Counted from the stretch's first letter, positions 24,880 to 37,815 are shown. The stretch is 64,000 nt of DNA from Mobula hypostoma (GCF_963921235.1 NC_086108.1:98520001-98584000), one strand, 5' to 3'. Translations and numbers: made by a program. The notes: a model not told the origin generated them from the letters alone.

Positions 24880-25609
24880 GTACCTCTTCCTAGAGATGCT
24901 GCCTGGCCTGCTGCATTCACCAGCAACTTTGATGTGTGTTGCTACGTAGAGGTGTTGGTGGGACATCCAGTGCTTCACAACACTTCATTTCAGTCTGTTA
25001 GTTCCTTTACTCCAGGGCAGCTTGATATTGTAGAGGTTAGGGCAACACTTTACAATGGCAGCTGTAAGATCAGGTTTCGACTCCCATGGCTGTCTTTAAG
25101 GAGTCTCTATTTTCTTCCCATGACTCTAAGTGCTCCGGTTTCCTCTCACATTTAGTGTTATTGATCTGTGGGCACGCTATGTTGGTGCCAGAGGCATGGC
25201 AACACTTGCCGGCTGAGCAGCAATGTCTGGAATTTCTGGAAGCAATTTGAAGGCACAGGCTATGTACATCCCAAAGAAGAAAAAGTATTCTAAAGGAAAA
25301 ATGACACAACCGTGGCTAACAAGAGGAGTCAAATCCAACCTAAAAGCCAAAGAGAGGGGATATAATAGAGCAAAAATTAGTGGGAAGTTAGAGGATTGGG
25401 AAGCTTTTAAAAATTTGTTACGGAAACAGCAATGAAGAATCCTTTTGCACCTGAGTCTCCACCATGGAGACTCGCATGAGTGACAGTAGTGAAAACTGAG
25501 AGGAAGCTACTGGTACGGTGAATACCACCAAAGACGGAGGACCTTCACCGCTGCCCAGAACACCAGCGGTGTAACAGGCAGTAAGTGAACACCGTCTCCG
25601 AAGGGTTTG

Positions 25610-25810
25610 TACATCTTCCCCTTAGATGTGCGTGTTTCCTCCAGGTGGTCTGGTTTCATCCCATATTCCAAAGATACGCCGGTTAGTAGGAAATTGGTCC
25701 TTATAAATTGTCCTGTGATTATGCTCGGGCTAAATAAGCAGGTTACTGGGCAGTGCGGCTCATTGTGCTAGAAGGGCCTGTTCTGCGATGTCTCTCTAAA
25801 TAAATAAGTA
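25610..25810 (+). mobile_element. HE1/V-SINE-type SINE fragment
   Basis: V-domain-like sequence gtgcgtgtttcctccaggtggtctggtttcatcccatattccaaagat..ggttagtagg.aattgg, then the CR1-type tail gaagggcctgttctg. Similar pieces lie at ~20760, ~25060 and ~60030. Confidence 0.7.
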
Positions 25811-26086
25811 ATGAGTGGTGCACGATGACTCCTCAAGTCAGAACTCACAACTAGTTCAAACTCAAGTTCATTGTTGTCATAGGAACAGGATATAGCCACC
25901 GTGTATGAATGTCAAGAAGATTAGCTTTTGGCAGGTAAAAGCAGAATACTTTGCAAGACAGGGACGAATGTAAGGAAGCATGAACTTAAGTTAACATTAT
26001 TATATATACCTACATCAAAATCAAAGTCAAAGTAGATTTATTATCAAGGTACCATGCACAAAATACTGGGAGAACTCACTAGGTCA

Positions 26087-26430
26087 GGTCCTCCAAGAGG
26101 ACCAAAACCTTGTGGTAAGGTTTGGGGGGTTGCGTACCTCGATGAGCCAGAGAACTATATTGGTTAGAGTCAGGCCTTGTGCTTTAAGTCTTGGTAAGGC
26201 CACCCATATCAAACAGGTCAAAGGGTAGAGGAGAGACTAAGATTGGTCCACTGATCCTCCAGGTTCGGGGGTTCAGCTCAGGGCTAACAACCCTGACTGG
26301 TCTTAAAAAATTGATATGGAAACAGCAATGAAGAATCCTTCTTTATCTGTGTGCAACGGTATGGACAGACAGAGATGGAGGCACTTCACTGCTGCACTAA
26401 ACGCTGATGGCTTAATAGCCAGTAAGTAAG
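26087..26430 (+). mobile_element. Short RTE-derived non-autonomous element inserted in a PLE fold-back
   Basis: 11 bp TSD TCACTAG[G/A]TCA (26076-26086 and 26431-26441) and an (AGTA)n tail. A related 3' piece lies at ~25415-25590. The RTE assignment rests on resemblance only. Confidence 0.65.
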
Positions 26431-26554
26431 TCACTAGATCAATTAGCCTCTATGGAAAGGAATAAAGAGTCAGCATTTCTGTTGAAACCCTCCTCAGCCC
26501 AAAACGTCAATTGATAATTCCTTTCCATAGATGCTGCCTGACCTGCTGAGTTCC

Positions 26555-27475
26555 TATGGAAGAAAGTACAGTTGACTTTTCAAATGGAAACACTTCCGCA
26601 GGACCGGAGAAAAAAAGCTGAGGAGTAGATTTGAAAGGTGGGGAGGGAGGAGGGAGAGAGAAACACCAGGTGATAGGTGAAATTTGGAGGTGGAGGGATG
26701 AAGCAAAGAGCTAGGCAGTTGATTGGTGGAAGTGACAGAAGGCCATGGAAGAAAGAAGAAAGGCAGGGGGGAGGAGGACCAGTGCGGTCGTTGATGTAAC
26801 GTAGGAGAAGTGTGGGACGGTCAACAGTGTAGGCTTGCAACATAGACTGTTCCACATAGCCAACAAACAGGCAGGCATCGCTGGGACCCATGCGAGTGCC
26901 CGGGGCTACCCCTTTTGTCCAAAGGAAGTGGGAGGACCCAAAGGAGAAATTATTTAAAGTGAGGTCAAGTTCCGCTAGGCAGAGGAGAGTGGTGGTGGAG
27001 GAGAACTGGTGTCCAGAAAGAAACGGAGAGCTTTGTGTTCAGTGCTCCCAGTGAGACCCGAAATAGATTGGGAGATCACTTCGCCGAGCATTTATGCTCC
27101 ATCCGCCAGAACAAGCGGGATCTCAAACTTCCAGTAATGTCTGCACCCAACCCCCCCCCGACCATTTCCCATCCCCTTGTCCCTCTCTCATGTTACCTCC
27201 TTGCCCACCCATCGCCTCCCTCTGGTGCTCCTCCCCCCACCCCCCTCTTCTTCTTTCTCCATGGCCCTCTGTCTGTTTCGCCAATCAACTTCCTATCTCT
27301 TTGCTTCATCCCTCCCCCTCCAAGTTTCGCCTATCACCTGGTGTTTCTCTCTCCCATCCCCCTACCTTTCCAATCTACTCCTCAGCTTTTTTTTTCTCCA
27401 GTCCTGCCAAAGGGTTTCAGCCCGAAACGTCGACTGTACTTTTTTCTGTAGTTCCTCCATCATTTTGTGTGTTTA
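26555..27475. mobile_element. Rearranged PLE: minus-strand 3' end and RT piece, plus-strand GIY-YIG piece and 3' end
   Basis: MGPSDACLFVGYVEQS..LRYIND on minus; ETRNRLGDHFAEHL on plus; degenerate hammerhead at ~27400-27437. Confidence 0.8.
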
Positions 27476-27589
27476 AAAGTAAACTGAAGATGCTTAAAGC
27501 CTAAAACAACCTCATCGAAGGAGAGAATTAGCAGTCACTTCAACAAGTATAGATTGGTCAGAGAAAGCCCTCACAGATTTGTTTGAGGT

Positions 27590-27780
27590 AACACACAAAA
27601 TGCTGAAGAAACTCAGCAGGTCAGGCAGCTTCTTTGGAGGGGAATAAACAGCTCTGGGCTAAGACCCTTCATATTGCTGGCTCTTTATTCCTCTCCATAG
27701 ACGTTGCCTGACCTGCTGAGTTCCTCCAGAATTTTGTGTGTGTTGCTCTGGATTTCCAGCATCTGCAGAATCTCTTGTGA
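27590..27780. mobile_element. PLE-derived fold-back mini-element
   Basis: The arm ACACACAAAATGCTGAAGAAACTCAGCAGGTCAGGCAGC..GGAGGGGAATAAA is inverted at ~27683-27744, with a ~35 nt extra tail on the right. Confidence 0.8.
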
Positions 27781-28074
27781 TTAATATTAAAGTGCCAAAT
27801 AATTGCTCAGAGAGTTCAAAGTCAAAGTCAACATAAATTTATTATCCTAGTACTTATATGTCACCATATACTACCTTGAGATTCATTTTCAGGAAAGTAA
27901 AGAACTACAGTATAATTCATGAAAAAACTATGCATAAATAAAGACACCAAGAACCAATGTGCAAAAGAAGACAAATTGTGCAAGTAAAATAATATAAATA
28001 ATGTGTATATGCAAAATAATGAAATAAAGATAGTGACACGAGTGAATTATTAGCTATGTGTACAAAGGCAACAA

Positions 28075-30212
28075 AGAGATGAAAGGCTGCCATACTGAAG
28101 GTTTTACACATCATTACCGTATCAGGATTGCTTTGAATCGGTGGACCGGCCTGTATTCAGGGATTCATCTTCGAACCTGGATGAGTATGCTGCAGTTGTT
28201 ACCAATTTCATTAGAACCTGTGTGGATGAGTGTGTGCCCACAGAGACTTACTGTACGTTCCCAAACCAAAAGCTGTGGATGAACCAGGATGTACGTTGTC
28301 TGCTGAAGGCCAGATCTGTGGCATTCAAGTCTGTCACCCCAGGTCTGTACCAGAATACTAGGTATGATTTGCGGAGGGCTATTTCAAGGGCTGAGAGACA
28401 ATTTCAAACAAGGTTGGAGGTGACATCGGATGCACGGCAACTCTGGCAGGGTCTGCAAGACATTTCTTCCTACAAAGCAAAACCCAATAGCATGAATGGC
28501 AGCGATGTTCACTACCAGATGAATTCAAAGCCTTCTATGCATGCTTTGAAAGGGAGAACACAACTACAGCTGCGAAGATCCCTGCTGCACCTGATGACCC
28601 TGTGATCTCCATCTCAGAGGCTGTTATTAGGCTGCCCTTTAAAGAGTGTGAACCCTCACAAGGCAGAAGGTCCCAATGGAGTACCTGGTAAGGCTCTGAA
28701 AACCTGTGCCAACCAACTAGCAGGAGTCTTCAAGGACATTTTCAACCTCTCACTGTAATGGGTGGAAGTTCCCACTTGCTTCAAAAAGGCAACAATTATA
28801 CCAGTGCCTAAGAAGAATAATGTGGGCTGCCTTAATGACTATCACCCAGTAGCACTCATATCGACAGTGATGAAATGCTTTGAGAGGTTGGTTATGACTA
28901 GACTGAACTCCTGCCTCAGCAAGGACCTGGACCCATTGCAATTTGCTTATTGTCACATTAGATCAACGGCAGACACAATCTCAATGGCTTTTCACAAGGC
29001 TTTAGACCACCTGGACAACACAAACACCTATGTCAGGATGCTGTTCATCGACTATAGCTCGGCATTTAATACCATCATTCCCACAATCCTGATTGAGAAG
29101 TTACAGAACCTGGGCTTCTGTACCTCCCTCTGCAATTGGATCCTCAACTTCCTAACTGGAAGACCATAATCTGTGCAGATTGGTGAACATACCCTCCTCA
29201 CTGACAATTAACACTGGTGCACCTCAGGAGTGTTGTGCTTAGCCCACTGCTCTACTCTCTATATACACATGACTGTGTGGCTAGGCTTAGCTCAAATACC
29301 ATCTATAACTTTGCTGACATACAACCATTGTTGGTAGAATCTCAGGTGGTGACGAGAGGGCATACAGGAGTGAGATATGCCAACTAGTGGAGTGGTGCCA
29401 CAGCAACAACCTGGCACTCAATGTCAGTAAGATGAGAGAGCTGATTGTGGACTTCAGGGAGGGTAAGACGAAGGAACACATATCAATCCTCATAAAGATA
29501 TCAGAAGTGGAGAGAGTGAGCAGCTTCAAATTCCTGGGTGTCAAGATCTCTGAGGATCTAACCTGGTCCCAACATATCGATGGAGTTATGTAGTAGGTAA
29601 GACAGCTGCTATACTTTATTAGGAGTTTGAAGAGATTTGGTCTGTCAACAAATACACTCAAAAACTTCTATAGTTATACCGTGGAAAGCATTCTGATGGG
29701 CTGCATCACTGTCTGGTATGGAGGAGCTACTGCACAGGACCGAAAAAAGCTGTAGAAGGTTGTAAATCCAGTCAGCTCTATCTTGGGTACTAGCCTACAA
29801 AGCACCCAGGACATCTTTAGGGAGTGGTGTCTCAGAAAGGCAGCGTCCAGCACCCAGGGCATGCACTTTTCTCACTGTTACCATCAGGTAGGAGGTACAG
29901 AAGCCTGAAGGCACACACTCAGCGATTCAGGAATAGCTTCTTCCCCTCTGCCATCCGATTCCTAAATGGACATTGAATCGTTGGACACTACCTCACTTTC
30001 TTTTAAATATACAGTATTTCTGTTTTTACACATTTAAAAAAAATCTATTCAATATATGTTATTGATTTACTGGTTTATTTATTATTATTATTTTTTTAAT
30101 TTTATTTATTATTTTTTTCTCTGCTAGATTATGTATTGCATTGAACTGCTGCTGCTAAGTTAACAAATTTCACGTCACATGCCAATGATAATAAATCTGA
30201 TTCTGATTCTGA
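28075..30212 (+). mobile_element. Rex1/Babar LINE, 5'-truncated ~2.1 kb, frameshifted RT
   Basis: Motifs [78 protein letters not shown] and FKFLGV. Tail AATAAATCTGATTCTGATTCTGA. Confidence 0.93.
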
Positions 30213-30234
30213 TCACATTACCAATATTTTATTT

Positions 30235-31585
30235 GACAATAGACAATAGACAATAGGTGCATGAGTAGGCCATACGGCCCTTTGAGCCAGCACCGCCATT
30301 CACTGTGATCATGGCTGATCATCCACAATCAGCATCCAGTTCCTGCCTTATCCCCATAACCTTTGGTTCCGCTATCTTTAAGAGCTCTATCCATCTCTTT
30401 CTTGAAAGCATCCAGAGACTTGGCCTCCACAGCCTTCTGGGGCAGAGCATTCCATATATCCACCACTCTCTGGGTGAAAAAGTTTTTCCTCAACTCCGTT
30501 CTAAATGGCCTACCCCTTATTATTAAACTGTGGCCTCTGGTTCTGGACTCATCCATCAGCGGGAACATGCTTCCTGCCTGCAGCGTGTCCAATCCCTTAA
30601 TAATCTTATATGTTTCAATAAGATCCCCTCTCAGCCTTCTAAATTCAGAGTATACAAGCCCAGTCACTCCAATCTTTCGACATATGACAGTCCTGCCATC
30701 CCGGGAATTAACCTTGTGAACCTATGCTGCACTCCCTCAATAGCAAGAATGTCCTTCCTCAAATTTGGAGACCAAAACTGCACACAGTACTCCAGGTGTG
30801 GTCTCACCAGGGCCCTGTACAGCTGCAGAAGGACTTCTTTGCTCTTATCCTCAATTCCCCTTGTTATGAAGGCCAGCATACCATTAGCTTTCTTCACTGC
30901 CTGCTGTACTTGCATGCTTGCTTTCAGTGACTGATGTACAAGAACACCTAGATCTTGTTGTGCTTCCCCTTTTCCTAACTTGACTCCATTTAGATAATAA
31001 TCTGCCTTCCCGTTCTTACCACCAAAGTGGATAACCTCACATTTATCCACATTAAACTGCATCTGCCATGCATCTGCCCACTCACCCAGCCTGTCCAAGT
31101 CAACCTGCCTTCTCATAACATCCTCCTCACATTTCACACTGCCACCCAGCTTTGTGTCATCGGCAAATTGGCTAATGTTACTTTTAATTCCCTCATCTAA
31201 ATCATTAACATATATTGTAAACAGCTGCGGTCCCAGCACTGAACCCTGCGGTATCCCACTGGTCACTGCCTGCCATTCCGAAAGGGACCCGTTAATCGCT
31301 ACTCTTTGTTTTCTGTCAGCCAGCCTATTTTCAATCCATGTCAGTACTCTGCCCCCAATACCATGTGCCCTAATTTCGCCCACTAATCTCCAATGTGGGA
31401 CTTTATCAAAGGCTTTCTGAAAGTCCAGGTACTCTACATCCACTGGCTCTCCCTTGTCCATTTTCATAGTTACATCCTCAAAAAATTCCAGAAGATTAGT
31501 CAAGCATGATTTCCCCTTCGTAAATCCATGCTGACTCAGACCAATCCTGTTACTGCTATCCAGATGTGTCGTAATTTCATCTTTT
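30235..31585 (-). mobile_element. Young CR1 LINE 3' fragment with (ATTGTCT)n tail
   Basis: ORF 30664..31503 reads [49 protein letters not shown]. Confidence 0.95.
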
Positions 31586-31625
31586 ATATATATATAATTT
31601 ATACATATTTATATATATATATATT
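31585..31625. repeat. (TA)n-rich microsatellite at the 5' junction of the CR1
   Basis: Read directly. Confidence 0.85.
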
Positions 31626-32964
31626 TGCAACCAATGAAGGTCCTTAGAAATTTCCTTCTAAGAATTGAAACCTGCAGTTAGCACCAAAGATCCAGTTTTT
31701 CACTTAAATAATCTTTCTCTCACAAAGAGATCTTGCAAAAATATAACTTTGATGTCTTTAGGCCTGTAGTCCCTAGAGTTCAGAAGTTTAACAGGGGATC
31801 TAATTGAAACCTGTCAAATATTGAAAGGACAAGAGAGGGCATGCAGAGGATGTTTCCTATAAAGATACAAAGATTTAAAGTACATTTATTATCAAAGTAT
31901 ATATGCAGTATACAACCCTGAGATTCAACTTCTCAATAGACAGCCACAGAACAAAAAGAACCATGGGGCCCATTCAAAGAACAAAATCAACTCTCCCCAT
32001 GCACAAAAAAAATCTAATTGTGCAAACAGCAACAAAAAATGAGTGACGAACACAAAATATAAAACACAAAATTGGAAGAGTCCAAGCATATTCAATTCAG
32101 GTCACTGTTCATTATCTGCAGGATGCCTGATTTAAGATTGCCCAAAATTGCAACAAATAAAGATGCGACCAGAAAGTGGGGGAGCTCAGGACCAGATGGT
32201 GCAGCCGCAGAATAAAAGGATGTCCCTTTAGGTCAGAGATGAGGAGGAATTTCTTGAGTCAGAGAACAGTGATGGTGTGGAATGTATTGCCAGGAACAGC
32301 AGTGGAGGCCAAGTCATTTTGGTATATTTAAAGCAGACGCTGATAGGTTCATGGTTAGGCAGGGCATCAAAATTTACAGGAAGGAGGCAGGAAATGGGGT
32401 TGAGAGGGATAATAAATCAATCATAATGGGATGGCAGAGCAGACTCTATGGGCTGAATAGCCTGATTCTGTTCCTATTTCTTACAGTCTTGTAACTACCT
32501 CTCATTTCCCTGTCTGAGCCTGGAGCTGGGAGAGGTTCTTTTAGAGACGGAGTTGATAGAAGAATAAAGTGGGCAAAGATCGTGCTGAATTGGACAAAAG
32601 CATAAACGTGGATGTAAGTGGAGGTAAGACGTTAATTTATTTTGTATCTGACTTTTCACTGAACTAGTGAATGTTTAACTCATGCATGTTAAATTAGAGC
32701 ATGTTTAACAGGAAGTTAAAGATCATTAGTGAGTTGTGTGGTGTTAATTGGCAGTTAGCAGGATGTTGATCATCATTATTCACTGGCTTGGTGTTAATTA
32801 AAGGACTATTTGATTCATATTTAATTGAACTCCACACTGCAGAAAGGATGTGATCACACTCGTGAGGGCAAAGACGAGATTATGTGATGTTGCCAGGGAA
32901 GATTTTCAACTATTGTGAAAAGGTTGAGGAGTCAATTTAAGTATAATGCATAAAATTGACAGAG

Positions 32965-35900
32965 AACTGGGGGGAAAACAACAATGGCTGTGTCTCTGGC
33001 ACAGATCCAGGCCCTGTCGCTCAGAAGGGTAGGGAAATGAAGAGGATGGCAGCAGTAATTGTGGACTCTATACTCGGGGGGACAGATAGGTGATTCTGTG
33101 GAAGCGAAAAAGAAACACGGATGGTAGTTTGCCTTCCAGGTGTCAAAGTCCATGATGTTTCTGAACACGTCCACAATATCCTGAAAAGGGAGCGTGAGCA
33201 GCCAGAAGTCGTGGTACATTATTGGTACCGAGGACATAGGTAGAAACGGGGAGGAGGTCTTGAAAACAGAATACAAGTAGTTAGGAAGGAAGCCGAGAAG
33301 CAGGACCTCAAGGGTAGTAATCTCAGGATTGCTGCCTGTGCCACGCAACAGTGGGGATAGAGATAAAATGAGGTGGCAAATAAATGTGTGACTGAAGGAT
33401 TGGAGCAAGGGGAAGGGATTCAAATTTCTGGATCTTTGGGAACTCTTCTGGGGCAGGTGTCACCAGTACAAACCTTTGCATTTGAATCCAATATACTGGC
33501 GGGCAGGTTTGTTAAAGCTGTTGGGAGTGGTTTAAGCTAATATGGCAGGGGGATGGGGACCAGTATGATAGAGCTGAGGATGAGCCTGCAGGTTTACAAG
33601 TAGATAATGCGTGTAATATGAATGTAAGGAAGAACAAGCCAATGATTGGGTACAAATGCAGACAGAGCAAAGAGCTAAATTGTACCACAGAGGCAAAATT
33701 CAAAAGGGTGAAGGATGCAGAACTGAAGTCACTGTATTTCAATGCATGTAGTACTTGGAATAAGTTGGATGAACTCGTGACGGAATTAGATACTGGTCAG
33801 TATGATGTTGTGAGCATCACAGAGTCGTGGCTGAAAGAAGTTGGGAGCTTAACATCAACGGATATACTTTTTATCAAAAGGACAGGCAGGAAGGCATCAG
33901 CAGTGGTGTGGCTCTGTTGGTAAGAGATGGGATTACATCTTTAGAAGGAGGTGACATAGGGTCAGAAAATGTTGAGTCTTTGTGGATGGAGTTAAGAAAA
34001 TACAAGGTTAAAAAAACAATTATAGGAATCATATATAGGCCTCCAAATAGTAACCAAGATGTGGGGTTGAGATTGCAAAGAGAGCTGGAAAGGGCATGTA
34101 ATGAGGGTAATTTCACAATTGTAATTGGGGACTTCAATATGTAAAGGGATTGGGAAACTCAGGTTAGCATCGGATCGCAAGAGAGGGAATTCGTTAAATG
34201 TCTATGAGATGGCTTTTGAAAGCAGCTTATGCTTGAACCTACTTGGGGAAAGGCTGTTTTAGATTGGGTGTTGTTTAATAATCCAGATTTTATTAGGGAG
34301 CTTGGGATAAAGGAACCCTTAGGAGGTAGTGATCATAACATGATTGAATTCATACTGCAATTTGAGAGGGAGAAGCATAAGTCACATGTATCAGGATCAC
34401 AATGGAATACGGAGGCATGAGAGAGCAACTTGACCAGGTGGATTGGAGGGGGATACTCACAAAGATGACAGCAGAGTAGAGGTGCTGAAGTGACTGGGAA
34501 TAGTTCACAAGGTGCAGGATAGATATGTCTCATAGAGAAGAAGTTCTCAAATGGTAGGGAGTAGGCAACCGTGGTTGACAAGGGAAATTAAGGACGGCAT
34601 AAAAACCAACAAAGGGGCATATTATGTAGCAAAAGTGAGTGGGAAGTTGGATGATTGGGAAGCTTTTAAAATCTAACAAAAGGTAACTAAAAAAAAACTC
34701 TAAGAAGGGAGAAGATGAAATTCAAGGGCAAAATAGCCAATAATATAAACATTTTCTCAAACACCAATAATATAATACTCATCATTTTTTCAGTTATATA
34801 AAGAGTAAAAGGGAGGTGAGAGTTGATATTGGACCACTGGAAAATGATGCTGGTGAGGTAGTAATGGGTGACAAAGAAAAGGCAAATGGACTTAATGGGT
34901 ACTTTGCATCAGTCTTCACCGTGGAAGACACTAACAGTGTGCCAAAGGTCCTTGAGTGTCAGACAGCAGGAGTGAGTGTCATTGTGAGTAGAAAGGAAAA
35001 TGTGCGAGGCAAACTGTAAGGTCTTAAGGTGGATGAGTCACCTGGACCAGATGGACTAGATCTCAGAGTTCTGAAAGAGGTTGCTGGAGAGATGATGGAT
35101 ACATTGGTCATGATCTTTCAAGATTCACTTGATTCTGGCATGGTCCCACAGAACAGAAAAAATGCAAATATCACTCCACTCTTTAAGGAAGGAGGAAGGC
35201 AACAGAAAGGTAATTGTATGCCAGTTAGCCTAATCTTGGTGTTTGAGACAGTGTTGGAATCCATTATTACAGATAAGGTTTTGGGGTACTTGGAGTCTAA
35301 TGATAAAATAATTCGAAATCAGCATGGTTTCTGTAAAGGGAAAATTTGCCTGACCAATCTTTTAGATTTCTTCGAGGAAGAAACAAACAGGGTGGGCAAA
35401 GGAGAGGTGTGGATGTCGTTTAATTAGATTTTCAGTAGGCATTTGATAAGGTGCCACACATGAAGCTGCTTAACAAGATTAAATCTCATGGCATTACAGG
35501 AAAGTGTGGACTATTATCTAAATGGAGAAAAGGTTCAAACACCAGAGGGGCAAAGGGACTTGGGAGTACTCATGCAAGACTCCCGGAAGGTTAATTTGCA
35601 TTTTGAGTCTGTAGTTAAGAATGCCATTCACTTCAAGGGGAATAGAATATTAAAAAATCATATAATACTGAGGCTTTATAAGACACTAATCAGGCCGCAC
35701 TTTGAGTATTGCCAACAGTTTTGGGCCCCATATCTCAAAAAGGATGTGTTGTCATTGGAGAAAGTCCAGAGGAGGTTCACAAGGATGATTCTGGGAATGA
35801 AGCAGTTAACATATGAGGAGCACTTGACAGCTTTGGGCCTGTACTCAATGGAATTTAGAATAATGTGAGGGGATCTCATTGCAGCCTACCGAATGTTTAA

Positions 35901-36260
35901 AGGACTAGATAGGGTGGATGTGGAGAGGATATTTCCGTGGTGGGAGTATCCAGAACTAGAGGGCACATCCTCAAAATTGACTGGCAATCCTTTGGAACAG
36001 AGGTAAGGAGGAATTTTTTTTAGCCAGAGAGTAGTGAATCTGTAGAATGCTCTGCCACAGACTGCTGTGGAGGCCAAGACCATGGGTATATGTAAAGCAA
36101 AAATTGATAGTTCTCTGATTGGTCAGGGCGTCAAAGGTAATGGTGAGAAGGCAAGTGTATGGGGTTGAGTGGGATCCGGGATCAGCTATGATGGAATGGT
36201 GGAACAGACTTGATGGGCCGAATGGCCCGATTCTGCTCCTACATCTTATGGACTTATAGG
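32965..36260 (+). mobile_element. Decayed near full-length CR1 (esterase ORF1 remnant, APE, RT)
   Basis: AVIVDSILGG..CLPG..VVH at ~33050-33230; YFNACS, SITESW, IYRPPNS, IGDFN, GSDHN; SPGPDG, QHGFCKGK.CLTNL; RPHFEYCQQFWAP; CR1 3' UTR. Confidence 0.9.
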
Positions 36261-36827
36261 AAATGCCCAATTCCCCCAGGGAAATGATACAAGACCATAA
36301 GACATAGGAGAAGTTATTTTTTTTATGTCACATTTTTAAGATTGGAATTGGTTTATTGTTGTCTTGTGTGCTGAGATACAGTCAGAAAACTTGGGTTTGA
36401 CCAAAAATATAGGAGTAGAATTAGGCCTTTTGGCCCATCGAGTCTGCTCTGCCACTTCATGATGGCTGATCCAAATCCCTTCTCAGACCCAATCTCCTGC
36501 CTTCTCCCATCTCCCTTCATGCCCTGACCAATCAACATCTGCCTTAAATATACCTAATGTAGCAACAAATTCCAAACAGATTCACCTCTCTCTGTCCAAA
36601 GACATTCCTCTTCAACTCTGTTCTAAAAAGACACCCCTCTGTTCTGAGGCTGTATTCTCTAATCTCACTAGACAAAAGATTGGCAAATGGATAGATGTCT
36701 CTTCATCAGCCAGCATGGACACAATGGGCCTTGCTGTGATGGGTCAATAAACTTTCGGATAAAAAGCCAAATTCAAATGTTCCCCTCTCCACAGACACCG
36801 TCTGGTGTTGTGAGTATTCCCAACATC

Positions 36828-37045
36828 TCACACAAAATGCTGGAAGAATTCAGAAAGTCAGGCAGCATCTATGGAGGGGAATAAACAGTCAACATTTTGG
36901 GCCAAGACTCTTCATCAGGAAGGGTACCAGCCTGAAACACTGACTGTTTATTCCCCTCCATAGATGCTGCCTGACTTGCTGAGTTCCCTCAGCATTTCCT
37001 ATGTATTGCTCAGGATTTCCAGCATCTGCAGAATCTCTTGTATTT
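36828..37045. mobile_element. PLE-derived fold-back mini-element with two opposed hammerhead remnants
   Basis: Inverted arms ~36828-36905 and ~36930-37005, tail on the right. Degenerate TSD tattcccaacat / tattaccagcat. Confidence 0.75.
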
Positions 37046-37641
37046 ATTACCAGCATTTTCTGATTTTCCAGTATCTGCAACATTTTGCTTTTCTTTTTCA
37101 GTGTTTTACAAAATAAATGATTACTTAGCTCAAATGCAAAGAGGACATCGATGCACAGCTTTGAGTAAATGGAAATCTTTACATCCACATCATACTGTTG
37201 GGAAGGAGGTACAGAAGCCTGAAGGCACACACTCAGTGATTCAGGAATAGCTTTTTCCCCTCTGCCATCTGATTTCTAAATGGACATTGGACCCATGAAC
37301 ACTACCTCACTACTTCTGTAACTTTGCAAAACTTATTTTAACTTAACTATTTAATATATATATTTAATGTAACTCATTTTTTCTATATATTTATTTATCA
37401 TATACTTCATTGTATTACTGCTATAAAGTTAACAAATTTCACAACATATGCCAGTGATATTAACAGATGTCCCATCCTGCAAAAACTCATTTCAGGGAGG
37501 TAGCACCATCAATTTGCGGGAGACTCCTGGAACTTCTGGGAGCGGTGGGATGTCTGCAATAGAGTAGCTCCTTAGCAGCTAGCCAGCTAGTTTAAATAAC
37601 GTTAGCTATGCTAATGAACATATGACACCTGTTAAACTCAC

Positions 37642-37815
37642 CTCAGCATGTCTTTTACAGTCTTAACCCACCATGGGCAATAGAAAAGTCACTGTTGCAA
37701 ACAGTGCAGCGAGCAACACTGTCATTATTTTGACCCCTATTAGGCAGGGGTACACTTTAGTGTAGTCTGGGGTGACGTACGCTTTATATTTTCTTTTTTT
37801 AGAACACTCTGCCAT
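37642..37815 (-). pseudogene. hAT transposase exon 1 (N-terminal BED/TTF-like zinc finger), two frameshifts
   Basis: Kozak GCGCCATGG; MAECSKKRKYKAYVTPDYTKVYPCLIGVK / NDSVARCTVCNSDFSIAHGG / DCKRHAE; ends at donor GAG|GTGAGT. Confidence 0.75.

Larger units (their letters stand above)
23943..24940 (-). mobile_element. Penelope-like element, 5'-truncated, with inverted 3' terminal repeat
   Basis: 14 bp TSD GCTAC[C/G]TAGAGGTG (23929-23942 and 24941-24954). GIY-YIG remnant IYCDKCSRCGLLYIGET. 24706-24940 is an inverted copy of ~23980-24215. Confidence 0.93.
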
